In this document: piece by piece, positions 37,873 through 50,200 of the stretch
How the letters are laid out: each line of letters opens with the position of its first letter
Position numbering within the stretch: the first letter of the stretch is position 1
Source of the DNA: Anthoceros angustus
Lineage: Eukaryota > Plantae > Anthocerotophyta
DNA length: 64,000 nt
Reading direction: 5' to 3'
NCBI GenBank assembly: GCA_010909165.1
Contig: MU008235.1
Coordinates: 1-64,000, forward strand
Made by a program: the position numbers and the translations under genes
Notes under the pieces: model-generated
Database searches by the model: none
Told to the model about the DNA's origin: nothing
The model's input: the letters and a program-made list of their open reading frames with translations, nothing else

Positions 37873-40800
37873 ATGGGTGTGGTGCAGCATGAAAGGCACT
37901 GGGCCACCACCCTGCTTCTGCTTCTGCTGCTGCTGCTGCTGACGGCAGATGGCGCACATGTTGACTTTGGGAATGCGAAAGAGGGCTTACGCACCTGGGA
38001 GCTCCTCACCTCGGATAACTTCACCCAGGAAATCCACAAGCATGATTTTTCCCTCTGTATCACCGGAGTTCCATGTGAGTTGCCGCTGCTACCCAGTGAG
38101 CTGAATCTGAAATCGTGCTTTTTTGGCTCGTGATCGGTGTTGACCAGCGGGAGATCCAGGCATGCAATGCAGCAATCTTCCTGTCTGCTCCTCTGATTAG
38201 GGCAAAGTAAAGTATGGCTGTGCTGATGGATTCATGTCTGTGCCTGCTCTTGAGGGCGTCAGGGTCTGGAGAAGCCAGGAGCTTGATGAATAGGATTGTG
38301 AGGCTATTGAACTCGGAACCCGCCTCTCTGGCCAAACTCAAGCTCTGGTTTGTCAACAGTAGTAGGGACAAATTCTTGTCGGACTTGCTTTCTAGTGCCC
38401 ACAGTCCCTCCTTCACTTTCTTCCGGCAGAATTCTGCCTTCAAGTATAATGGGATACAGACGGCTAAGCATGTGGTGGCCTCCGTGAGGCACGCCATGGC
38501 CATTCCAGATGAAGGTTTGCCATGGAAACATGTGACTTCTTGTTCGGAGCTGGAGGCTCTGGTACAGAGCACGGACAAGGCTGTGGTCCTCGTGGACAGT
38601 TGCGGATGGGGTATGAGGGCGCTAACGAGGAGCCGAACTCACAAGAGGCAGCAACTTCCTTCCGTAGGATCCGCGCGTCAAGCCGTACTCGACATAGATG
38701 GGCTGCTGACTGGGGAGGAGGGGTGGTCGGAGGAGCTCTACCCGGGTCCGGCTTGTCAGACTGAATCTGCAGGCAAAAGTTTTGGCTTGGAGTGTGAGGA
38801 GAATCTAAGCTCAACCCATTACTGTGGTGTATCAGGTTGTCCACAAGGGCTTGCTTCTCGTGAATACGACAGCCATGGGAGTGTTGAAGAAGCGGGGGAT
38901 GAAATGCGACAGCCGTGTGGAGAACCCGTTACTAGGTGGCTGGCCAACGAGAAATCTGCCTGTAGCTTGGCTGAGCTTTATAAGCTTCAGGACTTCGAGG
39001 CATGGTTCCACAATCTTACTAAGGTTGCCTCAGGACATGCTCTGACTCCCCATCGGGCTCAATTCGCTATCGTGACTGAGGAAAAGGTAGCTATCGATGC
39101 AGGATTTCTTGTACCTCAGGATCAGCCCTGGCTTCTTACTGCCAAAGTACACGATTTCAATTGTACTCCACGTATTTTCAATGGTGAGGGTGATGTGGAA
39201 GACTTCCTCTCAAGTTTGTCGCCACTTGTGCGTGAGGTAGTGTCTTCCTTTTCTTGATTTTGCTCGTTCAGGATCTGAGATGTGGCCTATGTATAGATGT
39301 CATGCAACCTGCTCCCGTGCCCGTTGAAAGGTCATGTCATGGCTCCTGCAATGGGACTCTAGATTCATGCCGCTTGCTATTGCCGTGTGTGACATGTTGA
39401 ATATGAATCGCTTGGTCAGTTCCGATACTATTTTATGGTCAGCTAGCTTGGACATATGGCATTTAGCTCGGCCTTGTTGGCACCCTGCTTGCAGTGACCT
39501 CTACTTCCATGCCGTTATTCCTGGTGACGGAGGTTTCGACGAGAGTTGATGGCAGCAGACAGTTTGATCCTTCCTATGCAGCACATGATTTGGTGCCAAT
39601 CTCTCTTGCAGCTTGAAGTTGAAGAAGTCGATACTCAACCAGTTTTCGTGAACGACACACTTTCTGTGGTGCTCTTCATTGATAGGGCATCAGCCTCAGT
39701 GGCAGAGAGCAATGCAGCTTTAAATGTGCTCCGAGTGGTGGCTAGGCATTATGAAGCTTTGGGGTATATGAAACTGAAAACTGCTGACATTATGCCACAA
39801 AAGGAGGTTAGCCAGCAACGGGAGCCTGCAGGTCAGATGCTATTGCATCAAGGAACCAAGTTACTGGCTTTATTGAAGCATGAGGGTAGCACAGAGCCTG
39901 AGAGTGATGGTCAGTCTATCATGGCGCTGAATGTCCGAGGTGAGCTCAAAGAACAGTTGGAGAGTGGGAAGATCCCGTTGTCACTTCTTGACCAAATTCA
40001 AGTGGCATTTAAAGCAATCCAGGGCCCAAAGTCAACAAACTTTGCTGCTGTTTCACGTAAACCTGGCTCCCCACAGCAGCCCCATGAGAAGCCTAACAGA
40101 TTTATTGATATCAAGGAAACTGAGCGGAGGATTGTCAAGACTGCTGAAAACGTTCATGTGAGGAAAGCTACAAGTGCCTTGCAATCAAAACCTGAAGCGA
40201 AGAGTAAGCATCATGGCACTTCCGAAGAGGATAGCTGTTCGCCCCAAACTAGAGAGGAGTTCTTGGGAGAAGATAACGGAGTAACAACTTCTGACGTTTG
40301 GAAGAAAAAAGGTACGCTGTCTGTACAGTCCAAGCTGGTTGCAACTCGAAAGTGTGCAGCAGGAAAGGAAGCCGATGAAGGAGAGGAAAGTGGCAGTGGT
40401 GTGGCGTCCAAGAGCTGCCACGATGAACTTGGTCAGCCTGTGGGTAACCCCAGTATCCAAGGGGTCTTGCAGGAAGCACCGAATGTGACACTCTCATTTT
40501 TCTTTTGGGATGGTGAAAGCCAACTGAAAGAGAGCTTGACAAGTAGTGCTGTTTGCCCGTCCCTAGTTGTCCTTCATCCTCAGAGGGGTGCACATTATGT
40601 ATATCCCCTTGATTTCGTCATCAACGAGAAGGGAGTACTTGAGTTTTTAGATCTTATTTTACATGGGAAGCTGCAGAGCGCGACTATTTCACAACCTGAG
40701 CCATTGCCTGCAAGAAAGTACCCCTGGCCACCCTATGTGAATGACGACTTCCATGAAGCGGGGGCGGTGCCCAGAGTTACTGCTAACAACTTTGAAAGCC

Positions 40801-42269
40801 TTGTTTTGGGCATTGAAGAGCCAGTCATGAAGTGTGGGAGTTTTGTATGCGTCAACAATACCCGAGGGCCTTCTGAAGATAGTAAGGGTAAAATGGTGGA
40901 AAAGGATGTTGTAGTCCTATTCACCACCTCTTGGTGCGGATTCTGCAAACGTATGGAGCTTATCTTCAAAGAGCTCCATCATGCCATTAGGAGATATTTA
41001 ACAATGCTCGATGGAGGGTTTGAAAGCTCTGGCACCCACGGCGGAAGTGGTGAGAACCTCTGTGAACACCAAGGAGGTCAATTATATACTTGCATTTAAG
41101 GGTAAAATGTAACGTGAGTTAACTTCTGGATGATCTGCAGATGATGTGTCAGGGGACATTCTTCGAACTACTGATGACGGCTTGCCCATTCTCCTTCAAA
41201 TGGACTGCGTATTAAATGACTGCGGCTCGAGGCTAAAGCAAGTTCTGCAGGTGGACGGATCTCAATTTGTGTTTTCCTGTGAAGCATTGTTCTTGGTAGG
41301 CCATATTTCTAAGGTGCAAAATTCCTGTTTGCAAGGTGTAGGAAGAGGTCTACCCGTCACTCGTACTGTTTCCTGCTAAAAGGAAAAGGTCGCCAGTTGT
41401 TTACGGCGGAGAAGCAACCCTTGCTGGCGTGGTGAGCTTTATGCGAGCCCATGGAAAGTCCTCCCCAAATCTCCAACGTCTCACCCAAGGTTTGGAGCAT
41501 AGCTTACTCAAGTGGTTCCTTCCAGGAAGTGCATATAAAAATCATGAAGACTAAAACAGTGAGTTTGATTCCCCGGTACACCTTATACGCCCGGATGTTG
41601 TAATTCGCAGGGAGTTGGAGGAAAGTGGGCAATGCTGGAAGTTGGGAGCCCCGACTAGCAGATCAGTGCCCTGCTCTTAAGCTGCAGCAGACATCCGAAA
41701 GTGGCACTTACGTTGTTCGGAATTCCCGACTGCAAGGTGGCAGAAGCAGCGGCCCTATCGGTAGGGTGTTGGCGGAGCGTCCACAACATGGGGGTTTCCT
41801 GATTGCGGACGAAAAGCTGGGATCGTCTCCAGTATTTCAGAGTGCAGTTATCCTGGTATTGAGTGCGAATGAGCATGCCGTGTGGGGAGTAATTGTGAAC
41901 AAGCCGCTGGTGTGGGAGAATCTGGTGGGCTTCGACCCGGAGCATCAGCGAGTTCTGCAAGCCAGTCCAGTCCATTATGGGGGGCCGAGTGCCGTGCAGG
42001 GGAGGCCCTTTTTGGTTTTGACGCGGGGCGAAAAGTTGGAAGGCTTTGAGGAGGTGTCTCCTGGCCTCTTCTTTGGCGGCAAAGCAGAGTCAGCAGAAAA
42101 TGTGTTCGAGCGGGTGAAGTCGGGAGAAGTAGCTGCCAATGACGTGTGGTTGTTTCTGGGTAGTGCCGTGTGGGGATGGCAGCAGCTGGAGCAGGAACTC
42201 GCGGGTGGGTATTGGCAGTTTCTGTCTCCCAAGGACTACAGTTTGCAGTGGCCTGATTCGTCATCGTGA
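37873..42269 (+). CDS. Secreted thioredoxin-like fold + C-terminal DUF179 (AlgH/UPF0301) protein, At3g19780-like, ~6 exons
   Basis: Signal peptide (TTLLLLLLLLLLTADG); WELLTSDNF..VP|WSGEARSLM; DVVVLFTTSWCGFCKRMEL; MDCVLNDC; EVYPSLVLFPA; DUF179 FQSAVILVL..GVIVNKPL..YGGP..WLFLGSAVWGWQQLEQEL. GT-AG junctions at 38074/38263 and 39236/39612. Confidence 0.9.
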
Positions 42270-42674
42270 GGCCAAAGTATTGGGTAGGTAGTCTAGGTGA
42301 GAACGAACGGCCTGTGGGTCTCACCGCGCTAAGCTAATGCGCCTGGCTTTGTATGTATTCGTACTGGGAGGTAATTTAATGTCTAACAACGTATGTACAA
42401 GGTGGTAGCGCCACGCAACCTACAGAGCTGCCGTATTACGGTAAGTGTACGTACATACATTGACTTGGCCGTGAAACTACCCGCTGTCCATAAAACTGGA
42501 GATCCACCGCTTGAACTGTTGGAGAGAATGATTCCAGAATCGTAACAAGCAAGGTTTGAGTGGAAGCGAAGGGTCCATGAGCCGGGACTGGGTCACCTGA
42601 TTCACGGCCAGCGAAAGCTTTCAGACTCCGAGGGTCTCCTCCGAGCAAGCCTTGCAGCGGAGGAATATTGGGTG

Positions 42675-43347
42675 ATGGAGGCTGGCAAGTTGGAAGTACA
42701 GCTAAGAGGGGCAAAGGGCATCAAGGGCACTGAGGCTTTTGGCTTAGGTAGGCGCCACTCTCCAACACTCTCTTCCTCCTGCTTCCTCATGTAACGCAAC
42801 GCCTTGGCCTTGTGCAGGTAAAGCGGACCCTTATGCCAAGCTGAAATGCGGCCGCCAATTCTTCAGAACCAAAACTGCGCAAGGTGGGTGGCATCCCGCC
42901 TCAACCCATCTGTAATTTCCTTTCAAGCTTTGTTTGCCCAGCTGACAGTGCCCCACCACCTTCCTTCCTTCCTTCACCATGCCTTGTTATGCTCTTGGCA
43001 GATCAAGGGTCGTGTCCAGTGTGGAATGAATCCTTCGTCTTCGATATTCAAGAGAATGCTTCCGAGTGGCTGTACATCGAAATTTACGACGAGGACATGA
43101 TGCTGGATGACGATCTGGGCACAGCCAGGTACCTAAAAGTGCGTTTGGGCTGTGTGGCAAAGGGTAATCCATTGGGCTTGACTAATTCTGGACACTGATG
43201 AATTTGTGCAGGATATTCCTGTCCCGGGTTCTCAAGGATAACAACAACGTGGTTCCTGAGTCCGAATTCTACGTCATGTACAAGGGCAAGATCAGGGGAT
43301 GTGTGCAATTATCGCTCACCTTCACACCCCTCCGGACAAGCTTGTAG
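42675..43347 (+). CDS. Small single-C2-domain protein (elicitor-responsive/PP16-like), 4 exons
   Basis: MEAGKLEVQLRGAKGIKGTEAFGL-GKADPYAKLKCG..RTKTAQ-DQGSCPVWNESFVFDI..IYDEDMMLDDDLGTA-..GKIRGCVQLSLTFTP..*, with GT-AG introns. Confidence 0.88.
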
Positions 43348-43490
43348 GCCGTGGGAGACAGAAAAATGATGTGAACAAAATAGCTCTTGGAGTTGTGTGG
43401 ATAAGGATGCCCGTGCCTTGATTGTGAGATAGTCTTTAGAGCATCCTAGTTCAACGAACAGCAAAGTGAATCGCGTGAATCGCAGCTCAC

Positions 43491-44649
43491 ATGGCTTCGT
43501 CCCTCTTCTCCGCTGCTCCCCCTTCCGCGTTGGTCTCGGATCACGGTTGCAGCCACGCCGCCGTGCCCGCGATCGCCAGGCTGAGCTCGAGCTCAGCCAG
43601 ATGCTCTTTGGAGTGGCGCATTCTGTGCAAAGGCGGGCAGTCGCATGGCAGACTTGTCCGGGCCACGGGCAAGCGTCTCTCGGGGCCTGTGGCCGTTCGG
43701 GATTCCTCTGAGGCTGGTAACCATGGCACGGCCCCAGACGCCCCACCTGCACCTGAGGTTGCCAGAACCACTTCCAGGAGAACAATGACCCAGCAGCTGG
43801 GCACCCTGCTAGCACTGGGAATGGGACTGGGACTCGGACTGCCGGTACCGTACACCAGAGCCCAGCAAGGGTCAGGGTGCACTGATCTAACTCTTGCGCC
43901 CAATGGTTTAGCATTCTGTGACACCTCTGCAGGAGATGGTTTGGCAGCATCCGCAGGCTTGCTGATCAAGGTGCAAAGTCCCTCATGCTGGCTCTTCCAC
44001 TATCTGTTTGCGACCTTCCTTCATGAGCCTGCCATTGTTAATACCGTTCAGCTGTTCCTGTCGAGCTGCAGGCGCACTACACAGGAAGGTTAGAGGATGG
44101 AACTGTTTTCGATAGTAGCTATAAAAGAGGAAAGCCCTTGGTATTTAGAGTTGGCGTGGGAGAGGTAAGGCCTGGACCACCCTGGCCTGGATAACAATGC
44201 TATGCTTGTTCCTTCGAGCACTGGACCAAACAAATGTCTCACATGTTGCAAGGGTCCATCATGATGCAGGTCATCAAGGGATGGGATCAAGGCATCATTG
44301 GAGCTGAAGGCATTCCTCCTATGTTAGCAGGTTGCCCAAGCCCCTTGCTTCCCTGCAGTACCTAGCGCTCCAGGCTCGCTCATCTACTCACTCGTATCAT
44401 CACATTCGCAGGTGGGAAGCGGACTCTACGGATTCCACCCGAGCTCGGCTATGGGGATCGAGGGGCCGGTTGTAGAGCAGGTAATCTCCTTCATCCCTCA
44501 GCTCGACGCTTAGCTACTCACCCAGACTCAAGCTGGTGATGGTGTTGTCGAATTATAATACTTAGTTTTGAAAATGTTATGCAGGATCTTGCATTATCCC
44601 ACCCCGTGCGGTGCTCATCTTTGACGTGGAGTTCGTCGGAAAAGCTTGA
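43491..44649 (+). CDS. FKBP13: Thylakoid-lumen FKBP-type peptidyl-prolyl isomerase FKBP13, 5 exons
   Basis: Transit peptide and Tat-like SRR plus hydrophobic segment. C..APNGLAFCD..GLLIK|AHYTGRLEDGTVFDSSYKRGKPLVFRVGVGE|VIKGWDQGIIGAEGIPPMLA|GGKRTLRIPPELGYGDRGAGCRA|GSCIIPP..FDVEFVGKA*. Both characteristic Cys pairs are present. Confidence 0.95.
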
Positions 44650-45354
44650 GATGATGACATTGTCAGTCCTGCGCGCTCCGGGGAGTTTTGTATTTAGCTT
44701 GCAACGCGAGTTGCATGGCCGGAACTGCCTGGCGCTTCTGCGTTGCCGTCACGCTTGTGTGGCAGCAGCTGTGACTGTTGGACAAGGAGAATGTCACAAA
44801 TTCTGACAGATTGTAGCTAATTCGCTTAACCATGCCCCCAATTGACCACCCGATTCTCACTCACTTCCGGCAGTTCGGATTTGTCACATACTTCAAGCCT
44901 CTCAACTATCCGTAAACAGCTTACGTTCTTCACATCCTTCATCTGCTCTTACAGACTCAGCAGGCAATAGCAGGTGACCACCTCTCTTATCTCCTCTATC
45001 ATGCTCACCCAGAAGTCCTCCTAGACTGACCCACCACATGTGGAGGGATCCCCATGTCCACCACCCAAACAAGAAAGGAAAATCCTTAGCTTTCACCGCA
45101 ACACAATCTCAGCTACGCTTTCACTTCAAGGGCCCGTTTCGAACACTGCCTTGTGTATCTGCCAGTGAATGTGGAGATGCACATGATCTGAAAATATTCT
45201 TTATATATGTACTGACAAGGTTAATGAAAAAGAAGGGAAAGGGCTCACCGATAAGAGGGATTGTGATCAGCGGAGAGAACAAATACGTGAAAGGGGGCCC
45301 ACTAGGCCCATATGGGTGCGATCTGTACACCAAAGATTGTTTAAGAAGACGTTA

Positions 45355-47066
45355 TTACTTCGAACTTGGAAGGATGTCTGGTCCCAGCTTTCTCTGGATG
45401 GCTGCAGCAGCCTGCACAGCACAACATACGTCAGTGACCACGTCGTAAATGGTCCAAGGAACACGTCCCTTAAACTACTGCTGCAGACCTCCAGATTTCC
45501 CAAACGAAATTGATACTGCATTTCCTCTCGCAGATGTGCCTGATCCCGCATTGCTTGGGCCTACAAAGAAACCATGAAACAATCTCAGATACTGGCAGGA
45601 ACATGAAGAAGTGGGGCTTCATCATCACCAATTTTACTATACCTGTCCAGAAGCCAAGATAGAACGCTTCAAAGCATCAACTTCTACTTCCTTTTGTTGT
45701 TCCCTCTCCCTCCTCAGCTCCACTCTGAAACCGCACTCCAAAGAAATATTCAGCTTGAGAAGTATCTCAATCAACCAGCTACAACAAAGGCACTACAAAT
45801 GGCTTGAAGTTGAGATACATGCATACTGCGGAGAATCTCATTCTCACCTCCTTTGCTCCTCATCATTGAACTCAATTCTTTCAAAACTTTCAGCTTTCAG
45901 TCCCTTGGCCCTCGCCCTAAAGAGCTTTCGTCGATGATATATGTCCAGATCATAGTACCTAACAGTAAATCATGTCAACTCTTCAAACTAATGACAATTC
46001 ACAAGGACTTTGTGACCACAACATGAACTTTGAGCTGAGAACCGTTTAATCCTGCCCGACACATGCTGCAAATACAACGTGATATCCTATCCATGCGCTG
46101 CGGTTGGCACCCCGTCATTGCACACTAGCCATAAAGATGCTTCACATTCCCCAACAAACCCCCAGAACTGTAAACCTTGCAGGAGTCAAACATCCAAGCA
46201 AATGTAAGGTGGTGTTGTTTACTTCTTCGAAGGGAAGGTGGCTGTGTTATAGTCCTCCATGTACCTGCAAGGGTAACACCGAATATGAGACATGAAAGGC
46301 ATGAACTATTGTAGGCAGCACGTGGGTCAGACTGAAAATAGGACAGGACAGAGAACAGGATTTGAGCAAAACGCCTACTCTTTGAACATTTGCTTCTCTT
46401 CCCAAGTTGACAGAGTTTCCATATTGACCTGCAATGCCAGAAGAACGGCATTACTGCACTGTCAAGGAATTAGCCCCCCAACCAGGAGCCACTAAACAAA
46501 ACACACCTTTTTCACCTCGCCCAACCAGGCACTGAACTCGGGCCGTTTGTTCCTGCGCACAATAAGCTACAAGCCTAAGCAACCCGATCATACATTCTCA
46601 ACTTGCAGCACCTACCCTCAGAAAGAGAATGCTCTCAAGTCGGAGGCAGCTGCTTTTCGGCTCCAAAGCACCAAAAACATGGAACTAACCACATATCAAT
46701 CTCTTTGAGAAGGCCATATTTTCCCCAGGAGGACGTAATCGGTCGCTTGGCTAGTTGACCCGCTTTCTCCTTCTTCCGCTTCCTCTTATCTTCCTTCGAT
46801 TTCTTCTTGTCTCCCTTTCTTTTCTTCGATCTCTCCTCCGACTTCCCCCTCCTTCTGCTGAGCTCGTCCGCTTCCCCTTTCTGTTTACTATCTCTGCTGG
46901 ACTTTCTACGTTTGCGCTTAACATTCCTGCCAGAGTCCTCAGTATCGGACCCACTACTACTGCTGGATGAATCAGTGTCAAATCCTTGGTCTGGTGATCG
47001 AGACCTCAGCCTCCGCTTCCGGTGTTTGTGCCCACTAGTCCTTTCCTCCCTTCTGCGTGTGTCCAT
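45355..47066 (-). CDS. Conserved Lys/Arg/Ser-rich putative nucleic-acid-binding protein, multi-exon
   Basis: K/R/S-rich N-terminus, then WGKYGLLKEIDMW|NKRPEFSAWLGEVKK|VNMETLSTWEEKQMFKE|..TATFPSKK|YYDLD..FNDEEQRR..EEVEVDALKRS|..AMRDQAHLREEMQYQFRLGNLE|AAAAIQRKLGPD..*, a conserved plant family recognised from memory. GT-AG introns. Confidence 0.85.
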
Positions 47067-47263
47067 CAAGTGGCCTATCTGCTACCTCCCCTATGCTCCC
47101 TGATTGCTTGGTTGCTCAAGACTCTGCCGCTCTGCAATAAAGCCACGGAATCGCTTGCCTGTAACCTAAGGGAAGCTTTCTTGTGGAGATGAGATCGGCT
47201 CTGGATCCTCCTGAGAATTTCCGAAGTACGTGCATATAGCAAGGTTTATGTAAATAGGTTTAC

Positions 47264-50200
47264 ATTAACAAAGCTGGCTTGAGTGCTTTGCAAGAAAGCT
47301 CCATACAGAGGCATGTTTAGAAGAGCAGCTTACTAAGAGCATGTTAAGCATGCAGCCCTAGGAAGTGTGGTAGTAAATAATAGCTTAAAGCTTAAGTAAG
47401 TAGTTACTAAGATTGTAGCTAGGGCTTGAGTATAAAGGAGAGCCTCAGGCTAAAGACAGTTCGGCCTTGAGAGCACTTGATGCTTGGTTGCCTTGAGCAC
47501 TTGCTTGGGCTGTGCCTTGAGAGCACTTGATGCTTGGGCTATGCCTTGAGAGCACTTGTTGCTTGGGCTGTAAGCACAAGAGTCTTGTGAAGGAGCTTTG
47601 TGGAGGAGGTCAAGTGAAGAGAGCTAAGCTCCTAGCTTAGGCAAAGATGGGGAGTTCTCTCTAGCCCTCCAGCTCTATGTTCTTGTTGACTCGTGATCTA
47701 AGAATAAAGAGCAGCAAGAGTCTTGTCTGAGTCCTCCTAGAAGAGGAGGGCTACTTGGAGGCCTAGTCTCGTGTTGATTTATTACTAGTTTGCTTCTAAT
47801 CGTGGTTTCCCCACCGTTGAGGGTGTTACTTGTGGTATCGAGCATAGGTTGAAGCATCTTTGACTAGTAGTGGTGGAGATGGCGAGATCTGCGAGCCAAG
47901 TAGAGTGGAAAGGATCGCCCGGAAGATAAGGCCCGCTTCAAGCGTGGAAGAGCCGCAGTCCGCAAGTTGTGAGCAGGGAGGAAGGAACTTGAGGCAGGAG
48001 GCACCACCATAGAGGACCAGCTCCAAAAGATCATGAGGAGACTTGATGCCATGGATCGGAGATTAAAGGCGTGCTCGTTGAAGAAGAGCGGAAGAAGTGG
48101 AGCTGAGCAGAGCGATCCAAAAGTCTAAGAAGTTGAGGTATCTGAGGCCCCAAAGACTTATAAAGGCGGCGTGGCGTAGAAAATCAGTTCTTGGTTTTCT
48201 CTTTGGGCGTACCTCGAATCATGCGAGTGCAAGATGAGTAGTCTGAAGCACGTCACGAATTTCTTAGAGGATTATGCTCTTACTTGGTGGAGGACTTACG
48301 TTGAGAAGCGTAAGGCAAGGCAATCGAGCCACAATCTTCACATGGGCGGACTTCAAGCAAGCGCAACTCCGTTTCCAACCCGCTAATGCGTGAGTTTGGC
48401 GCGAAGGATGCTCGACAATGTCAAGCATCGGAACTTTGCGGGAGTATGTGAGTGAGTTTAGCTCTATTGTCTTGCAATGTCCAGAGATGCATGAGCGGGA
48501 CAAACTCCACAAGTTTATCAACGGCCTTAAGAGATGGGCTCAAAATAGGATAGCTTTGACTAATCCTCAAACGCAAGAGGCCATGGCGGCGGATGCCATA
48601 CGGATATGTTTATTCAAGAGGCACCGGTATCAAGAGGAAGATATCCTAGGTCTCGTGGTAGATCTAGGCGGGGCGAGCTACCACCACTGAATAGTGGAAC
48701 TAATGAGACTACTGGCAGAGGCCGAGCTAGAGGAGATAATAGGGGTCGTGGAAGACGACGAATAGTGCCTAGCTCAGGTGTGTGCTACAGTTGCGAAGAA
48801 TAGGGACACTTTGCTAGGAATTGTCCGCATGTTGGAACTCCCAACTTGAATTTGGTTGCTGCCAATCCACCTGTTCCAAGAGCGAGGATCCAAGAACTTC
48901 CAGGTGACGCCAGGGGCCACATGTTGTGAAGACATGTGGTGAGTCATCTAGTGTCAAGGATGACACTGTAATGAGGAAGGGTGGAGATCTCATGTACATA
49001 TGTGGGAAGATGAATGGCTTAGATGTAGAGTTGTTGTTGGATTCTGCAGCCACCCACAATTTTATAACTCCTAGTAAGGCAAGAGAGCTTGGTCTTGAAT
49101 GGACTGAAACCTCCACGCCATATGGAATCAAGCAAGCTAAAGGGACTCGCAATTTGGCGGTGCATGGAGTAAGGCAAGTTGAAGCATGGCAAGGAAATGT
49201 GAGTTTCACGATCGTCGAGATGGATGACCATGATATCATCTTAGGCACAGGTGGATGAGATCCAATGAAGTGTATATGGATGTTAAGTCTCGCACTATTG
49301 AGATATCCAGAAGCACAAGGTGAGTTGTGCTAGTGTTAGCCGAGCTTGAGACTCCATCGATCTGATTTCAAAAGAGAGCTTAAGAAGATCTCAAGAAAAA
49401 GAAGGAGCTATACTTAGCTATGTTAAGAAGATTCCGGTTGAAGGGTGCCAAGTACACTATTTGATCTGATGGTAGGGTACTATCAGATCAGAATTGCTGA
49501 GGGGCATGAGTACAAAATAGCTTGTAGGACCAGGTATGGGGCTTTTGAATTTCTGGTCATGCCATTTGGACTTACTAATGCACCTGCCACATTTCAGACA
49601 CTTATGAATACTATATTCATAGATGGATGACATTTTGATCTTTAGCCATACCTTGGAGGAACATGCTGAACACTTAAGAGAAGTGTTACAAAAGCTAAGA
49701 GAGAATTCTTTGTTCTTGGCAATCAAGAAGTGTGATTTAAATCAAGGATTCCATTCTTAGGTTTTATTGTCTCTGAGGGCATCGGATGGATCGATAAAGT
49801 TAAAGCCATTCAAGATTGGCCCCTGGAACATTCATGAGTCGGGCTTTATGGGTTTGGCCACATGTGCAGGAGGTTTGTACATATGTTTGCTAAGATAGCG
49901 GCATAGCGACCTCTTGAAGACATCAAAAGCTTGGAAGTGGGATCTTTGATTGTCAAGCAGCCTTTGAATGAAAAGAAGTTGAGTACTACTCGGTGTTGGG
50001 AATGTATGACCCCAAGAAAGATGTAGAAGTGTATTGTGATGCCTCGGACATGGCTATAGGTGGAGTTTTGATGCGGGACCAAAAGCCGTTAGCTTTTGAG
50101 TCAAGGAAGTTGCATCCTTATGAGATGAAGTATCCCACCTATGAGAAATGGCTGCGTCATCCTTTGTCTAAAGGCTTGGAGACTATCTCTTGGGTAGGTC

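Noticed and set aside
41625-42269. DUF179/AlgH domain as a recent bacterial horizontal transfer
   Set aside because: It is the last exon of an intron-containing gene whose Trx+DUF179 architecture is conserved in plants.
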